Shown here piece after piece: positions 21,383-31,693 of a DNA stretch of 64,000 nucleotides. The stretch comes from an uncultured delta proteobacterium (GTDB lineage Bacteria > Myxococcota_A > Polyangia > Fen-1088): the NCBI GenBank assembly GCA_963737265.1, contig CAVTRY010000023.1, positions 256,001 through 320,000 of the forward strand, given 5' to 3'. Position numbers and translations under genes: made by a program. Below the pieces are notes generated by a model. The model had not been told where the DNA came from and ran no database searches. It saw only the letters and a program-made list of their open reading frames with translations. Position 1 is the first letter of the stretch, and every line of letters starts with the position of its first letter.

Positions 21383-21535
21383 ATGCAATTGCCCGCTAAC
21401 AAACGCCGCATCGTCGCCAAGGTGGACCAGTTGATGGCCCTCGTGGACCAGTGGGAGGCGCAGCTCACCACCCCCCGCACCACCGCCGACCAGCTTCTCT
21501 CCGCCCTGGTCGCCGAACTCACTGAACAGAACTGA
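21383..21535 (+). pseudogene. hsdS: HsdS C-terminal helix remnant
   Basis: KRRIVAKVDQLMALVDQWEAQL...LLSALVAEL, the conserved C-terminal coiled coil of type IB HsdS. Confidence 0.75.
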
Positions 21536-21546
21536 CGGTTGAAATG

Positions 21547-22824
21547 ATGACTGAACCAACCATCGTATGTCCGCACTGTCGCAAGGAGATCAAGTTGACC
21601 GAGTCCTTGGCAGGACCGCTCATCGAAGCCACCCGCCGAAGCTACGAGGAGCAGCTTGCCAGCAAGGATGCCGAGGCGGCCCAGCGCGAGGCGGCTGTGC
21701 GCGAGCGCGAAGTGGCGCTCGTCAAGGCGAAGCAAGGGCTCGATGCACAGGTTGCCGAGACGCTGCGCCAGGAGCGTGGCGCGATCGCCGCGGAAGAATC
21801 CAGAAAGGCCAAGTTGGAGCTGGCGACGGATCTCGATCGAAAGGCAAGGGAGCTCGACGAATTGCAAGAAGTGCTCAAGCTTCGGAACGCGAAGCTCGCG
21901 CAAGCGCAGAATGCGGAGGCCGAGCTGCTACGCAAACAGCGGGAGCTTGACGACACCAAGCGCGAGTTCGAGCTGACCATCGAGAAGCGTATCCAGGAGG
22001 GGCTCGATGTCACGCGCGCGCAGGCCCGCAAGGAAGCCGAGGAGCAGCTGAATCTCAAGGTTCTGGAAAAGGAGCAAACCATCCAGTCGATGAAGGGAAA
22101 GATCGAGGAATTGCAGCGGCGAGCGGAACAAGGCTCGCAACAGCTTCAGGGTGAAGTCCTGGAACTGGAGCTTGAGGCGTTGCTGCGGGCGAGATTCCCG
22201 CTCGATTCCATCGAGCCGGTGCCGAAGGGTGAATACGGCGGCGATGTCATCCACCAGGTCAAGGGTCAGACCGGTCAGGCGTGCGGTTCCCTTCTGTGGG
22301 AGTTCAAGCGCACCAAGAACTGGAGCGATAGCTGGCTTGCCAAACTTCGTGGCGATCAGCGCGTGGCCAAGGCGGAGGTTTCCGTCCTTGTCAGCTATGC
22401 GCTGCCCAAGGGCGTCGAGAGCTTCGATCTCATCGACGGCGTATGGGTGACCCACCCTCGGGCCGCGGTGCCCGTCGCCATCGCGTTGAGGCATGCCTTG
22501 ATCGATGTGGCGATCGCCCGCAAGGCTGCCGAAGGACAGCAAGGCAAGATGGAAATGGTGTACCACTACCTGACCGGGTCGGGCTTTCGCCAGCGGGTTC
22601 AGGCCATCGCGGAGGCGTTCAAGTACATGCAGGAGGATCTCGATCGCGAAAAGAAGGTCATCACCAAACAGTGGGCGAAGCGTGAGCAGCAGATCGACCA
22701 GGTCATGCAGGCAACCAGTGGCATGTGGGGGGATCTGCAAGGAATCGCGGGCAAGACCTTGAACGAAATCGAGGGTCTAAGCCTGGAGGCGATCGCGGGC
22801 GCGGACCCAGGCGACCCCAGGTAG
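21547..22824 (+). CDS. DUF2130 coiled-coil/nuclease-like protein
   Basis: IVCPHCRKEIKLTESLA, coiled coil, QGSQQLQGEVLE, GGDV, LWEFKRTKNWS, MWGDLQGIAG. Confidence 0.85.
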   Translation: MTEPTIVCPHCRKEIKLTESLAGPLIEATRRSYEEQLASKDAEAAQREAAVREREVALVKAKQGLDAQVAETLRQERGAIAAEESRKAKLELATDLDRKARELDELQEVLKLRNAKLAQAQNAEAELLRKQRELDDTKREFELTIEKRIQEGLDVTRAQARKEAEEQLNLKVLEKEQTIQSMKGKIEELQRRAEQGSQQLQGEVLELELEALLRARFPLDSIEPVPKGEYGGDVIHQVKGQTGQACGSLLWEFKRTKNWSDSWLAKLRGDQRVAKAEVSVLVSYALPKGVESFDLIDGVWVTHPRAAVPVAIALRHALIDVAIARKAAEGQQGKMEMVYHYLTGSGFRQRVQAIAEAFKYMQEDLDREKKVITKQWAKREQQIDQVMQATSGMWGDLQGIAGKTLNEIEGLSLEAIAGADPGDPR

Positions 22825-22837
22825 GAAACGGATGATC

Positions 22838-22907
22838 CCAACCCACCACGCCCAAGTGGCGCCACACCGTCGAGCGTCTGAAGACCTTCTTCAAGAAGTG
22901 GGAGTAG
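22838..22907 (+). repeat. Copy 1 of nuclease-gene 3' end (QPTTPKWRHTVERLKTFFKKWE*)
   Basis: 70 bp, 6 mismatches vs 26379-26448, five synonymous. Confidence 0.9.
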
Positions 22908-22949
22908 GCCGCCGGACAAGCACCGGCGCATAGCTGGATCCCAGCCATG

Positions 22950-23396
22950 CTATTCGTTGGCCGGGCCACCGCTTGCTGAAGGTCGATAGAGTGCACCTCG
23001 CTCGTGAGCAGCGCGGGCCAGTTTGATCCCGCGCGCATCAACTTGGCTGTTGCTGATTCCGCGAAAGTCGACGAAAGCATGCGCGAGATCTGTCGCCTCG
23101 GGTGGGGACACGATGGGATCGGAATAAGCCTTGAGATCCTGATCGTCGCACTCCCCGACGGTGATCCCCCAAGTGCCGGCGGACGCGCACTTGAGCTTCT
23201 CGCTGTGATGACGAAAAGCCGCTTCCGGCGTCGTGAGACTGCCTCGCGCCACGGACAGCATCCCTTCGTCCTTCTTGGTTGGCCGAAAGGCCTGACTGCT
23301 GGGTCGACCGTCGCGCAGAAAACTCGGATGCACCTGGCGAAGCAGTTCCTCGCGCGAATCCGTCAATACGGAGGTTGGCGGTGGCGTTCCCGCCAT
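22950..23396 (-). CDS. 148-aa hypothetical protein, putative ADP-ribosyltransferase-like toxin
   Basis: LLRQVHP...SSQAFRP...GMLSVA...AHAFVDF (R, S, H pattern on predicted beta strands); ATG abuts upstream TAG. Confidence 0.6.
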   Translation of the reverse strand: MAGTPPPTSVLTDSREELLRQVHPSFLRDGRPSSQAFRPTKKDEGMLSVARGSLTTPEAAFRHHSEKLKCASAGTWGITVGECDDQDLKAYSDPIVSPPEATDLAHAFVDFRGISNSQVDARGIKLARAAHERGALYRPSASGGPANE

Positions 23397-24557
23397 CTAG
23401 GAAACCTCCAGGTGCTCGACGAGAAAACGTCCCAACTTGCTTTCGGATCCCGGCAGGTTCAGGGAGAACTTGTCCTCCTCGATCCTGTCCGAATCAAGTC
23501 GCACAGCCATCACCTCCGCCACGTGCTCCACCAACCCGACGTTCGCGACCACCTCCCATTTGCTTCCAGGCCATTCGGCGCGAGCAGTGCCCTCGGGGGT
23601 TGGGTAGAGATAGGGAACGGGGAGGTTGAACCCTTCAAGGATGCCCTTCAGGAGGTTCAACAGCCAATCCAGATGCCCTCGCTGATAGCTTGGACTGGAC
23701 TCGTCGAACCAGCCGGCTGGCAAAATCGACAGCGATCGAACCTGCTGTTCGACAGAGGTCGGGCATCCTCGGCGGCGATCGCCCGCCAAGTCCTCTTCCG
23801 CGATGCTGACATCAGTCGCCATTTCGATGCGTCGAAGACTACCTGTCTCGTCAAAAAGACCAGTTCCACGGACACGCACGGGCACGGCGGTCGATAGCGA
23901 GCGCAGGGCGATTGGAAAGAACATCTCGGGTACGCGAACGCGGTATTTGATTCCTTCCAGCGTTCGAAGATCGAAGCCCTCGGAATCTCGGTCAGCGGCG
24001 CGAACATCACCCACGAGATCGATTTCGTCCTCGTACAACGGCTGGGCCTGGAGCACCAGCTTCTTCCTGAGTGCCCGGTTGTAGATTGCGCCATTTCGGT
24101 CACCCGGGAGGCCCACGACGATCGACTCATCTGGCCCCAGGGTCCGCCCGAAGGAACCGAATCGCGCCAGCACCTGCTTGGCCAGGTCGGGTGGCAATAC
24201 GTCCGGGGCCATTCCACCCGCGGCGATCCCATTCTGGATCAGGTCTCTCGCCGACTCGAAGATGTCGTCTTCTTGTGGACCGTCGAAAAGAGCCAGGTCA
24301 CGCTCGTCCACCCGCGAGATTTGTGGAATTGCACTGCCTCCCTCGATCACTTTCTCAAGAACGAGATGAAGGCCGTTTTCGAAGCCCCTGGGAAGGCGCT
24401 TGCGTGCGGGATTCCGAGCCTGAAATAGAGCCTTGGCCGCCTCTAGAACTAGCTCGCGGTACGCCGCCAGCTCAGGAAGGGTCTCAAGAGGCATGGACGC
24501 CTCTCCAAACCTGGCCCCTTTGAAAATAAGGCTGACGAACGGACTCTTCTTCATCAC
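23397..24557 (-). CDS. 386-aa hypothetical protein; N-terminal unknown domain, OB-fold-like middle, C-terminal antitoxin-like domain
   Basis: LVGDVRAAD...VRVRGTG (OB-like); LSILPAGWFDE...PVPYLYPTPEGTARAEW C-terminal motif; duplicated at 29844-30760. Confidence 0.7.
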   Translation of the reverse strand: MMKKSPFVSLIFKGARFGEASMPLETLPELAAYRELVLEAAKALFQARNPARKRLPRGFENGLHLVLEKVIEGGSAIPQISRVDERDLALFDGPQEDDIFESARDLIQNGIAAGGMAPDVLPPDLAKQVLARFGSFGRTLGPDESIVVGLPGDRNGAIYNRALRKKLVLQAQPLYEDEIDLVGDVRAADRDSEGFDLRTLEGIKYRVRVPEMFFPIALRSLSTAVPVRVRGTGLFDETGSLRRIEMATDVSIAEEDLAGDRRRGCPTSVEQQVRSLSILPAGWFDESSPSYQRGHLDWLLNLLKGILEGFNLPVPYLYPTPEGTARAEWPGSKWEVVANVGLVEHVAEVMAVRLDSDRIEEDKFSLNLPGSESKLGRFLVEHLEVS

Positions 24558-24613
24558 TATTGAACCCGGATTCTTACTGGGTATTCCACCTAAAGGCTAG
24601 AACGCCAGAGTGG

Positions 24614-25603
24614 TCATGTCGAATTCTTGGAAAGATCTGCACCTTCCCGCGCGCGGGAGTTGCAGACCATGTCCACGGTCAAGAACTCGCGACCCTTGAG
24701 AATCATCGCCTTGATCGCGCGTATGAGAACGCGCTCCACATCGGCGTGCGCGAAGCCGGCGAACCCAGCGATGAACCCATCGTCCTCGAGCGGCAGCTCA
24801 TGGCGAACACCCCGCAGCTTGGCAGAGAAGATTTGCTTTAGTTGTGCCGGGTTCGGCTTGTCGAGAAGGAGGACCTCGTCAAAGCGTCGCCAGAGGGCGC
24901 GATCAAGAAGACGCTCGTGGTTGGTGGCGGCGATAAGAATGCTCTGACCGCGGTAGCTGTCGAGCAGCTGGAGAAAGGCATTAACGACTCGGCGGAGCTC
25001 GCCGTGCTCGGCTGAATCTTCGCGCTCCTTGCCTATGGCATCGAACTCGTCAAAAAGGCCGACGAAGCGGCCGGCCGAGAGGAAGTCGAACACCTTGCGG
25101 AGGTTCGCTGACGTCTCTCCCAGGAACGAGGAGACCACGGCATCGAAGCGCACGGTCACCAGCTCGATGCCGAGTTCAGTGGCCAGCACCTCGGCCGTCG
25201 AGGTCTTTCCGCATCCAGGTGGTCCGTAGAAAAGGAGCCGCTGGATGGGCTTGAGCCCGTAGCCCGATAGGAGGTCGGTCCGGTTCTGCTCGACAAGAAC
25301 CTCCTCCATCGTTGCCTTGTTGCCCTCGGATAGAACGATGTCCTTGAGGTCTCGGACAGGGACGCGGACCGAGAGCAGCTCCAGCCCTCGCTCGCCGTCC
25401 TTGGGGATCTGGTAGGTCCGCCTGGGGCTGCTTGGCGCTTTCGAGTCCTCCCCGTAGAGGATGCGCTCGAGGTCGTTGGCGAGCAGGTGGTGGTTCTTCG
25501 CGCGCTCGTCGCTGATGACACGCTCGGCAGCCTCGCGGAAGGCGTCATTGTCCCGTTGCGCTCCCGCGCGGATAAGCTGGCGTAGTACGCGACCTTCAGC
25601 CAT
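24614..25603 (-). CDS. AAA+ ATPase, IetA-like
   Basis: Walker A GPPGCGKT, Walker B LFDEFDAIGK, GELRRVVNAFLQ, AATNH..LLDRALWRRFDE; N-terminus DERAKNHHLLANDLERIL typical of S8-associated ATPases. Confidence 0.9.
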   Translation of the reverse strand: MAEGRVLRQLIRAGAQRDNDAFREAAERVISDERAKNHHLLANDLERILYGEDSKAPSSPRRTYQIPKDGERGLELLSVRVPVRDLKDIVLSEGNKATMEEVLVEQNRTDLLSGYGLKPIQRLLFYGPPGCGKTSTAEVLATELGIELVTVRFDAVVSSFLGETSANLRKVFDFLSAGRFVGLFDEFDAIGKEREDSAEHGELRRVVNAFLQLLDSYRGQSILIAATNHERLLDRALWRRFDEVLLLDKPNPAQLKQIFSAKLRGVRHELPLEDDGFIAGFAGFAHADVERVLIRAIKAMILKGREFLTVDMVCNSRAREGADLSKNST

Positions 25604-25680
25604 CGGGCCTCACTGCTACAAGATAGCTCAGGTTTCTGGCCCAGCGATAGGCTGATCGCGCCGTTCGGTGGCCGCATTGA

Positions 25681-26448
25681 CCTGCTGGCCATTGCCAGCG
25701 CTTCTCCAAGGACCGCACGCTGGATGATGCCTTCAAGGCGCGCTTCGGGACCACCCAGGAGGAGGAATCGCTGAACGAGTCGCATCGGATCATCCTGGTT
25801 GCGGCCGAACTGGACGACGCGACCGAGCGGATCATCCGCTACCTCAACGATCGCGGCGTCGCCATCAACGTCGTCTTCTTCCGGGTGTTTCGCCACGGTA
25901 CCGACCAGCTGCTGAGCCGCGCCTGGTTCATCGACCCTGGCGAGACGCAGGCCAACGTGGCCACCACCACCAAGCACACGGAAGGCAAGGTGCCGTGGAA
26001 TGGCGAGTACTACGTCTCGTTCGGGGGCGACTGCGCCTGGGAGGACGCCCGTGCCCGCGGCTTTGTCAGCGCGGGCGGCGGGGCCAGGTACACGCAAACT
26101 CTGAAGGCGCTTTCTCCCGGCAACCGCGTCTGGGTCAAGATGCCAGGCAAGGGCTACGTTGGCGTCAGCCGCGTGACCAAGTCGGTGCAATCCTTGAGCG
26201 AGCTCAAGATCGATGGCGTCCCGTGCCTGGACGTGCTCAAGACCGCGGAGCGCCTGCGCGAGCGCGCCGCCGACCCCGAGATGATCGAGGCCTTCGTTCG
26301 CGTCGAGTGGCTCGACGCCGTCCCGGAGAACAAGGCCTTCAACGAGGTCGGACTCTTCGGCAACCAGAACACCGTCTGCCAGCCCACCACCCCCAAGTGG
26401 CGCCACACCGTCGAACGGTTGAAGACCTACTTCAAGAAGTGGGAGTAG
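25681..26448 (+). pseudogene. C-terminal half of NucS-like/PD-(D/E)XK nuclease commonly linked to type I R-M; 5' end lost
   Basis: Open frame from 25681: SHRIILVAAELDDATERIIRYL...WEDARARGFVSAGGG...GYVGV...FGNQNTVCQP; no start or nuclease N-terminus. Confidence 0.65.
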
Positions 26449-26462
26449 AGCCCATGGGCCGC

Positions 26463-26978
26463 TCACGCCCCTTCCCTCCCAAATCCAATCCTCCGCCTCG
26501 GCTTCTCCGGTGGCTTCATCAGCTCGCGGATGGCATCGAAGACGGCGCGGAATTGGGCGTCGTACTTCCTTTCCAGAAGCGCAAGCTTGCGGGCCAGGTC
26601 GGCGTTCTGCTGGAGCATCTGACGGAGGCGCACGAAGGCGCGCATGATCTCGATGTTCACCTGCACTGCGCGCTGGCTGCGCAGCACGCTCGACAGCATG
26701 GCCACGCCTTGCTCGGTGAAGGCCCTCGGCGGCTTGCGCGTTCCACCCCAACTTGATGTTCCAGAATGGAAGATCAAGTTTCCCATTTCATCAGGCGACA
26801 GCTGAAACATGAAATCGTCGGGGAACCGGTCGATGTTCCGGGCGACCGCCTTGTTTAGATTGCCGGTGGTCACGCCGTACAGGGCGGCAAGATCCTTGTC
26901 CAGGATGACTTTGTGCCCACGGAGAACGAGGATCACACGCTCAATGCGCTCGACTGGCACCAGGCTGTTCTCAACCAT
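26463..26978 (-). CDS. ORF6N domain DNA-binding protein
   Basis: [18 protein letters not shown]...[14 protein letters not shown]...[34 protein letters not shown]. Confidence 0.9.
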   Translation of the reverse strand: MVENSLVPVERIERVILVLRGHKVILDKDLAALYGVTTGNLNKAVARNIDRFPDDFMFQLSPDEMGNLIFHSGTSSWGGTRKPPRAFTEQGVAMLSSVLRSQRAVQVNIEIMRAFVRLRQMLQQNADLARKLALLERKYDAQFRAVFDAIRELMKPPEKPRRRIGFGREGA

Positions 26979-27289
26979 CGGCGTCCCCCTTCCCGTTGGA
27001 GATCACAAACTGTGATCTCAAAAACCGTGACGACTCGCAGCGCTTTCGGCCTTGAGGTGCCAAATTGGAACCTCAGGCTCGTGAACGTGGGCGAGTTCTG
27101 CAGTGGCCAACGCAGGATGCCGGCGTGCTCCTGAGCCGCCGGCGCGATCATGGTATCCCCTTCGGGGCGCAAGTAGGCGAACATGCTCCCTTATCGGAAG
27201 CAGGTCGCAGAAGTTGCTTGGCGGGCGAGCTTCGACCCGCGTTTCCGCGGCGGTCACGCGGGTGCGGCTGACACGCAAGTCTGGACCAC

Positions 27290-28174
27290 CCGGCTGGGGA
27301 CGTTCCGTGGTCGAGACCCTTGCTCGTGACCTGCAGGCCGAGTTCCCGGGACGAAACGGCTTTTCCGCCCGAAACCTTTGGAACATGAGGGATCTACCTC
27401 GTTTACCGCGACAAGCCAAAACTGCAACCGCTGGTTGCAGGAATCAGCTGGGCGAAGAACCTCGTCATTCTCGGGCGTTGCAAAGACGACCTCGAACGCG
27501 AGTTCTACTTGCGCGCGACAGCGCGCTTCGGCTGGACGCGGGCGGTGCTCCAGCATCAGGTGGACAACCGAAGCTACGAGAAGTACCTGTCGAACCAGAC
27601 CAGTTTCGACCAGACCCTCTCGCCGACGTTGCGGGCTCAGGCCATCTTAGCCGTGAAAGACCACTATACCTTCGACTTCCTGGATCTGGCCGAAGCGCAC
27701 TCGGAACGCGAGCTCGAGCGCGGCCTGGTGAACAACCTGCGCCACTTTCTGGCCGAGATGGGCGGCGCCTGCGCGTTCGTCGGCAACCAGCACCGCATCG
27801 CCGTCGGCGGACAAGAGTACTTCATCGACCTTGTGCTCTTTCACCGCTGCCTGCGCTGCCTCATAGCCATTGACCTCAAGATCGGCGCGTTCCAGCCAGA
27901 GCACAAAGGCAAGATGGAGTTTTACCTGGAAGCGCTCAACGCCCAGGAACGTATGGACGGTGAGAACCCGCCCATCGGAATCATCATCTGCCGCGACAAG
28001 AACATGACCGTCGTCGAATACGCCCTGCGCACCGCCGGCCGCCCCATCGGCGTCGCCACCCACGCCATTGTCCCCCAGCTTCCCGAGGCGTATCGCGACC
28101 AATTGCCCAGCCCCGAGGCCATCGCCGAACGCCTGCGCCTCTGGGAGCAGGCGGGCGCGAAGGACGGGGAGTGA
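27290..28174 (+). pseudogene. DUF1016/YhcG PD-(D/E)XK nuclease, 5'-truncated and frameshifted near 27392
   Basis: GWGRSVVETLARDL...GFSARNLWNMR in one frame; KDHYTFDFL...SERELE...FIDLVLFH..IDLK...GKMEFYL...PPIGIIIC in another. Confidence 0.8.
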
Positions 28175-28283
28175 TCTGACTGGGCCACGATTCCCACCAC
28201 GTCGATATTCCGCTCGCCGATCTTGTCGCTTTCCACAATGGCAGCCCCGTGAAAGGCTGGAAGCCACTACCACCGGACTGGCC

Positions 28284-28857
28284 ATGACGGAGAAAAAGAC
28301 TACCAACGACACACCCAAGGGCGAGCTGCTCCTCTATCAAACTGAGGACGGGCGCACGCGCATCGAGTGCCGCTTCGAGGGCGAGACCCTCTGGCTCACG
28401 CAGGCGCTGATGGCCGAACTGTTCGACATCGGCGTAGGGACGGTGAATCACCACCTGAAGGAGATTTTCTCCGAGGGGGAGCTGGCGCCGGAGGCAACTA
28501 TTCGACGATATCGAATAGTTCGAACCGAAGGGCAGCGGTCCGTCGCGCGCGATGTTCGAGCACTACAACCTCGAGGCGATCCTCGCCGTCGGCTTCCGCG
28601 TGCGCAGCCAGCGTGGCACGCAGTTCCGCAAGTGGGCAAACGCTCGCCTGTCGGAGTACCTGGTCAAGGGCTTCACGATGGACGACGAGCGGCTGAAGAA
28701 TCCGCCCGGTCCTGGCCATACCGACTACTTCGACGAGTTGATCGAGCGGATTCGCGAGATCCGCGCGTCCGAGCGACGTTTCTACCAGAAGGTCCTCGAC
28801 ATCTACGCGACGAGCATCGACTACCAGCCCGATACCGAGCTGTCGCAGCAGTTTTCT
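28284..28857 (+). pseudogene. RhuM-family protein, +1 frameshift at 28554-28561 and 3'-truncated
   Basis: LLLYQTEDG...LWLTQALMAELF...HYNLEAILAVGFRVRSQRGTQFRKWA...RIREIRASERRFYQK; cut off by nuclease 3'-end copy. Confidence 0.85.
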
Positions 28858-28952
28858 TCTTCGGCAACCAGAACACCGTCTGCCAGCCCACCACGCCCAA
28901 GTTGCGCGACAGCGTCGAGCGTCCGAAGACCTACTTCAAGAAGTGGAAATAG
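28858..28952 (+). repeat. Copy 3 of nuclease-gene 3' end (degenerate)
   Basis: 95 bp aligned to 26354-26448; FGNQNTVCQPTTPKLRDSVERPKTYFKKWK*. Confidence 0.9.
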
Positions 28953-29127
28953 CGACGAGCCGGCGGCGAACCCAACCAGCGGGTGAGGTCCTGGGCGGCA
29001 AAGTCTCGACCGCTCGGCGGGTCAGGTTCAAGGTCCCGGTGCTTTCGCTGGCATCTAGCTGAAGCAGAATCGGGTAGACTAGCTTCGCAACGAGGAGTCA
29101 CACCTCAGCGACCATAGGAACAGGAGA

Positions 29128-29388
29128 ATGCACGCACATCGCCTTAGAATTCAGATTCCCGAGAATCGCGAGATTCGTGTCCAGCTTCCGGCCGATGTCG
29201 CTCCCGGCGAGGCCGAGGTCATCGTGCTCGAAACCGGAAATGACGCGGAACGGACGCGGGCCCGCGGGCAAACTGCAGATGAGTTCCTGGCCGCCAGGCT
29301 GGTTCCCCCGGCGGGAGTCGGCGCCGTAACCTTGGCTGATATGGAGATCGCCATCGCGAAAGGGGCGACAGGCCGTGCAGGCACTTGA
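29128..29388 (+). CDS. Putative antitoxin (86 aa)
   Basis: GGAGA RBS; overlaps downstream PIN gene; short beta-rich N-terminus. Confidence 0.65.
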   Translation: MHAHRLRIQIPENREIRVQLPADVAPGEAEVIVLETGNDAERTRARGQTADEFLAARLVPPAGVGAVTLADMEIAIAKGATGRAGT

Positions 29389-29770
29389 TACCAATGTCGT
29401 CGTTCGACTGCTCGTTCGCGATGACGAAGAGCAGTGCCGCAGGGCGGAGCAGCTCTATCGGCGGGCAATCGCCGCAGGTGGGGTATGGATCCCTTCGGTG
29501 GTGATCGTCGAAACCGCGTGGGTACTGCGGGTTGCGTACACCTTCGATCGTGCCGCGATCGCAACTGCGCTCCGCCGCCTCGTGGGCGCTGAAGGCGTGG
29601 TCGCGGAAGATGAGGCCGCGACACTTCGGGCGCTTGCGGCGTTCGAAACTGGCCCCGCTGACTTCTCCGACTATTTCATTCTCGATTGTGCCCGTCGCGC
29701 CGAGGCTTCGCCGCTCTGGACATTCGACGAGCAGCTTGGGCGCGCAGCCGGCGCAAAGCTTGTGCCGTAG
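29375..29770 (+). CDS. PIN-domain (VapC-like) toxin
   Basis: ALDTNVVVRLL, VETAWVL, ADFSDYFI, LWTFD acidic PIN motifs. Confidence 0.88.
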   Translation: MQALDTNVVVRLLVRDDEEQCRRAEQLYRRAIAAGGVWIPSVVIVETAWVLRVAYTFDRAAIATALRRLVGAEGVVAEDEAATLRALAAFETGPADFSDYFILDCARRAEASPLWTFDEQLGRAAGAKLVP

Positions 29771-29843
29771 ACTCCATGCCTTCGACGTGCTGACGCCGGT
29801 AGAGGGCGGTACTGCACGCGCTGGAGCACCCGGTCCAGGCGGT

Positions 29844-30760
29844 CTAGGAAACCTCCAGGTGCTCGACGAGAAAACGTCCCAACTTGCTTTCGGATCCCGG
29901 CAGGTTCAGGGAGAACTTGTCCTCCTCGATCCTGTCCGAATCAAGTCGCACAGCCATCACCTCCGCCACGTGCTCCACCAACCCGACGTTCGCGACCACC
30001 TCCCATTTGCTTCCAGGCCATTCGGCGCGAGCAGTGCCCTCGGGGGTTGGGTAGAGATAGGGAACGGGGAGGTTGAACCCTTCAAGGATGCCCTTCAGGA
30101 GGTTCAACAGCCAATCCAGCTGCCCTCGCTGATAGCTTGGACTGGACTCGTCGAACCAGCCGGCTGGCAAAATCGACAGCGATCGCACCTGCTGTTCGAC
30201 AGAGGTCAGGCATCCTCGGCGGCGATCACCCGCCAAGTCCTCTTCCGCGATGCTGACATCAGTCGCCATTTCGATGCGTCGAAGACTACCTGTCTCGTCA
30301 AAAAGACCAGTTCCACGGACACGCACGGGCACCGAGGTCGATAGGGAGCGCAGGGCGATTGGAAAGAACATCTCGGGTACGCGAACGCGGTATTTGACCC
30401 CTTCCAGCGTTCGAAGATCGAAGCCCTCGGAATCTCGGTCAGCGGCGCGAACATCACCCACGAGATCGATTTCGTCCTCGTACAGCGGCTGCGCCTGGAG
30501 CACCAGCTTCTTCCTGAGTGCCTGGTTGTAGATTGCGCCATTTCGGTTACCCGGGAGGCCTACGACGATCGACTCATCTGGCCCCAGGGTCCGCCCGAAG
30601 GAACCGAATCGCGCCAGCACCTGCTTGGCCAGGTCGGGTGGCAATACGTCCGGGGCCATTCCACCCGCGGCGATCCCATTCTGGATCAGGTCTCTCGCCA
30701 GCTCGAAGATGTCGTCTTCTCGTGGAACGTCGAAAAGAGCCAGGTCGCGTTCGTCCACGC
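29844..30760 (-). pseudogene. Second copy of 386-aa gene, N-terminus deleted
   Basis: Near-identical to 23397-24311; ~330 bp deletion joins it to the ATPase copy at ~30760. Confidence 0.85.
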
Positions 30761-31622
30761 GCACCTTCCCGCGCGCGGGCGGCGCTGACCAAGTCCACGG
30801 TCAAGAACTCGCGACCCTTGAGAATCATCGCCTTGATCGCGCGTATGAGAACGCGCTCCACATCGGCATGCGCCAAGCCGGCGAACCCGGCGATGAACCC
30901 ATCGTCCTCGAGCGGCAGCTCATGGCGAACACCCCGCAGCTTGGCAGAGAAGATCTGCTTAAGTTGTGCTGAGTTCGGCTTGTCAAGAAGGAGGACTTCG
31001 TCAAAGCGTCGCCAGAGGGCGCGATCAAGAAGGCGCTCGTGGTTGGTGGCGGCGATAGGAATGCTCTGACCACGGTAGCTGTCGAGCAGCTGGAGAAAGG
31101 CGTTGACGACTCGGCGGAGCTCGCCGTGCTCGGCTGAATCTTCGCGCTCCTTACCTATGGCATCGAACTCGTCAAAAAGGCCGACGAAGCGGCCGGCCGA
31201 GAGGAAGTCGAACACCTTGCGGAGGTTCGCCGAGGTCTCGCCTAGGAACGAGGAGACTACGGCATCGAAGCGCGCGGTCACCAGCTCGATGCCCAGTTCC
31301 GTAGCCAGCACCTCGGCCGTCGAGGTCTTTCCGCATCCAGGTGGTCAGTAGAAGAGGAGCCGATGGATGGGCTTGAGCCCGTAGCCAGAGAGGAGGTCGG
31401 TCCGGTTCTGCTCGACAAGGACCTCCTCCATCGTCGCTTTGTTGCCATCGGATAGAACGATGTCCTTGAGGTCTCGGACAGGGACGCGGACCGAGAGCAG
31501 CTCCAGCCCTCGCTCGCCGTCCTTGGGGATCTGGTAGGTCCGCCTGGGGCTGCTTGGCGCTTTGGAGTCCTCCCCGTAGAGAATGCGCTCGAGGTCGTTG
31601 GCGAGCAGGTGGTGGTTCTTCG
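30761..31622 (-). pseudogene. Second copy of AAA+ ATPase, inactivated
   Basis: GGA>TGA nonsense at first Gly of Walker A (31345-31347); N-terminus missing upstream of KNHHLL; C-terminus lost in deletion. Confidence 0.85.
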
Positions 31623-31693
31623 GGGAATGGCGGTCGAACTCAGCGTGCGTAAAGGTCTCTTCTCCCTGTTTGTTCCTCCTGGTCTCCACCATA

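Noticed and set aside
22838-28952. Recurring 70-95 bp repeats considered as CRISPR or integron attC sites
   Set aside because: They are coding gene ends spaced by kilobases, with no palindromic attC structure, no regular spacers and no cas/intI gene
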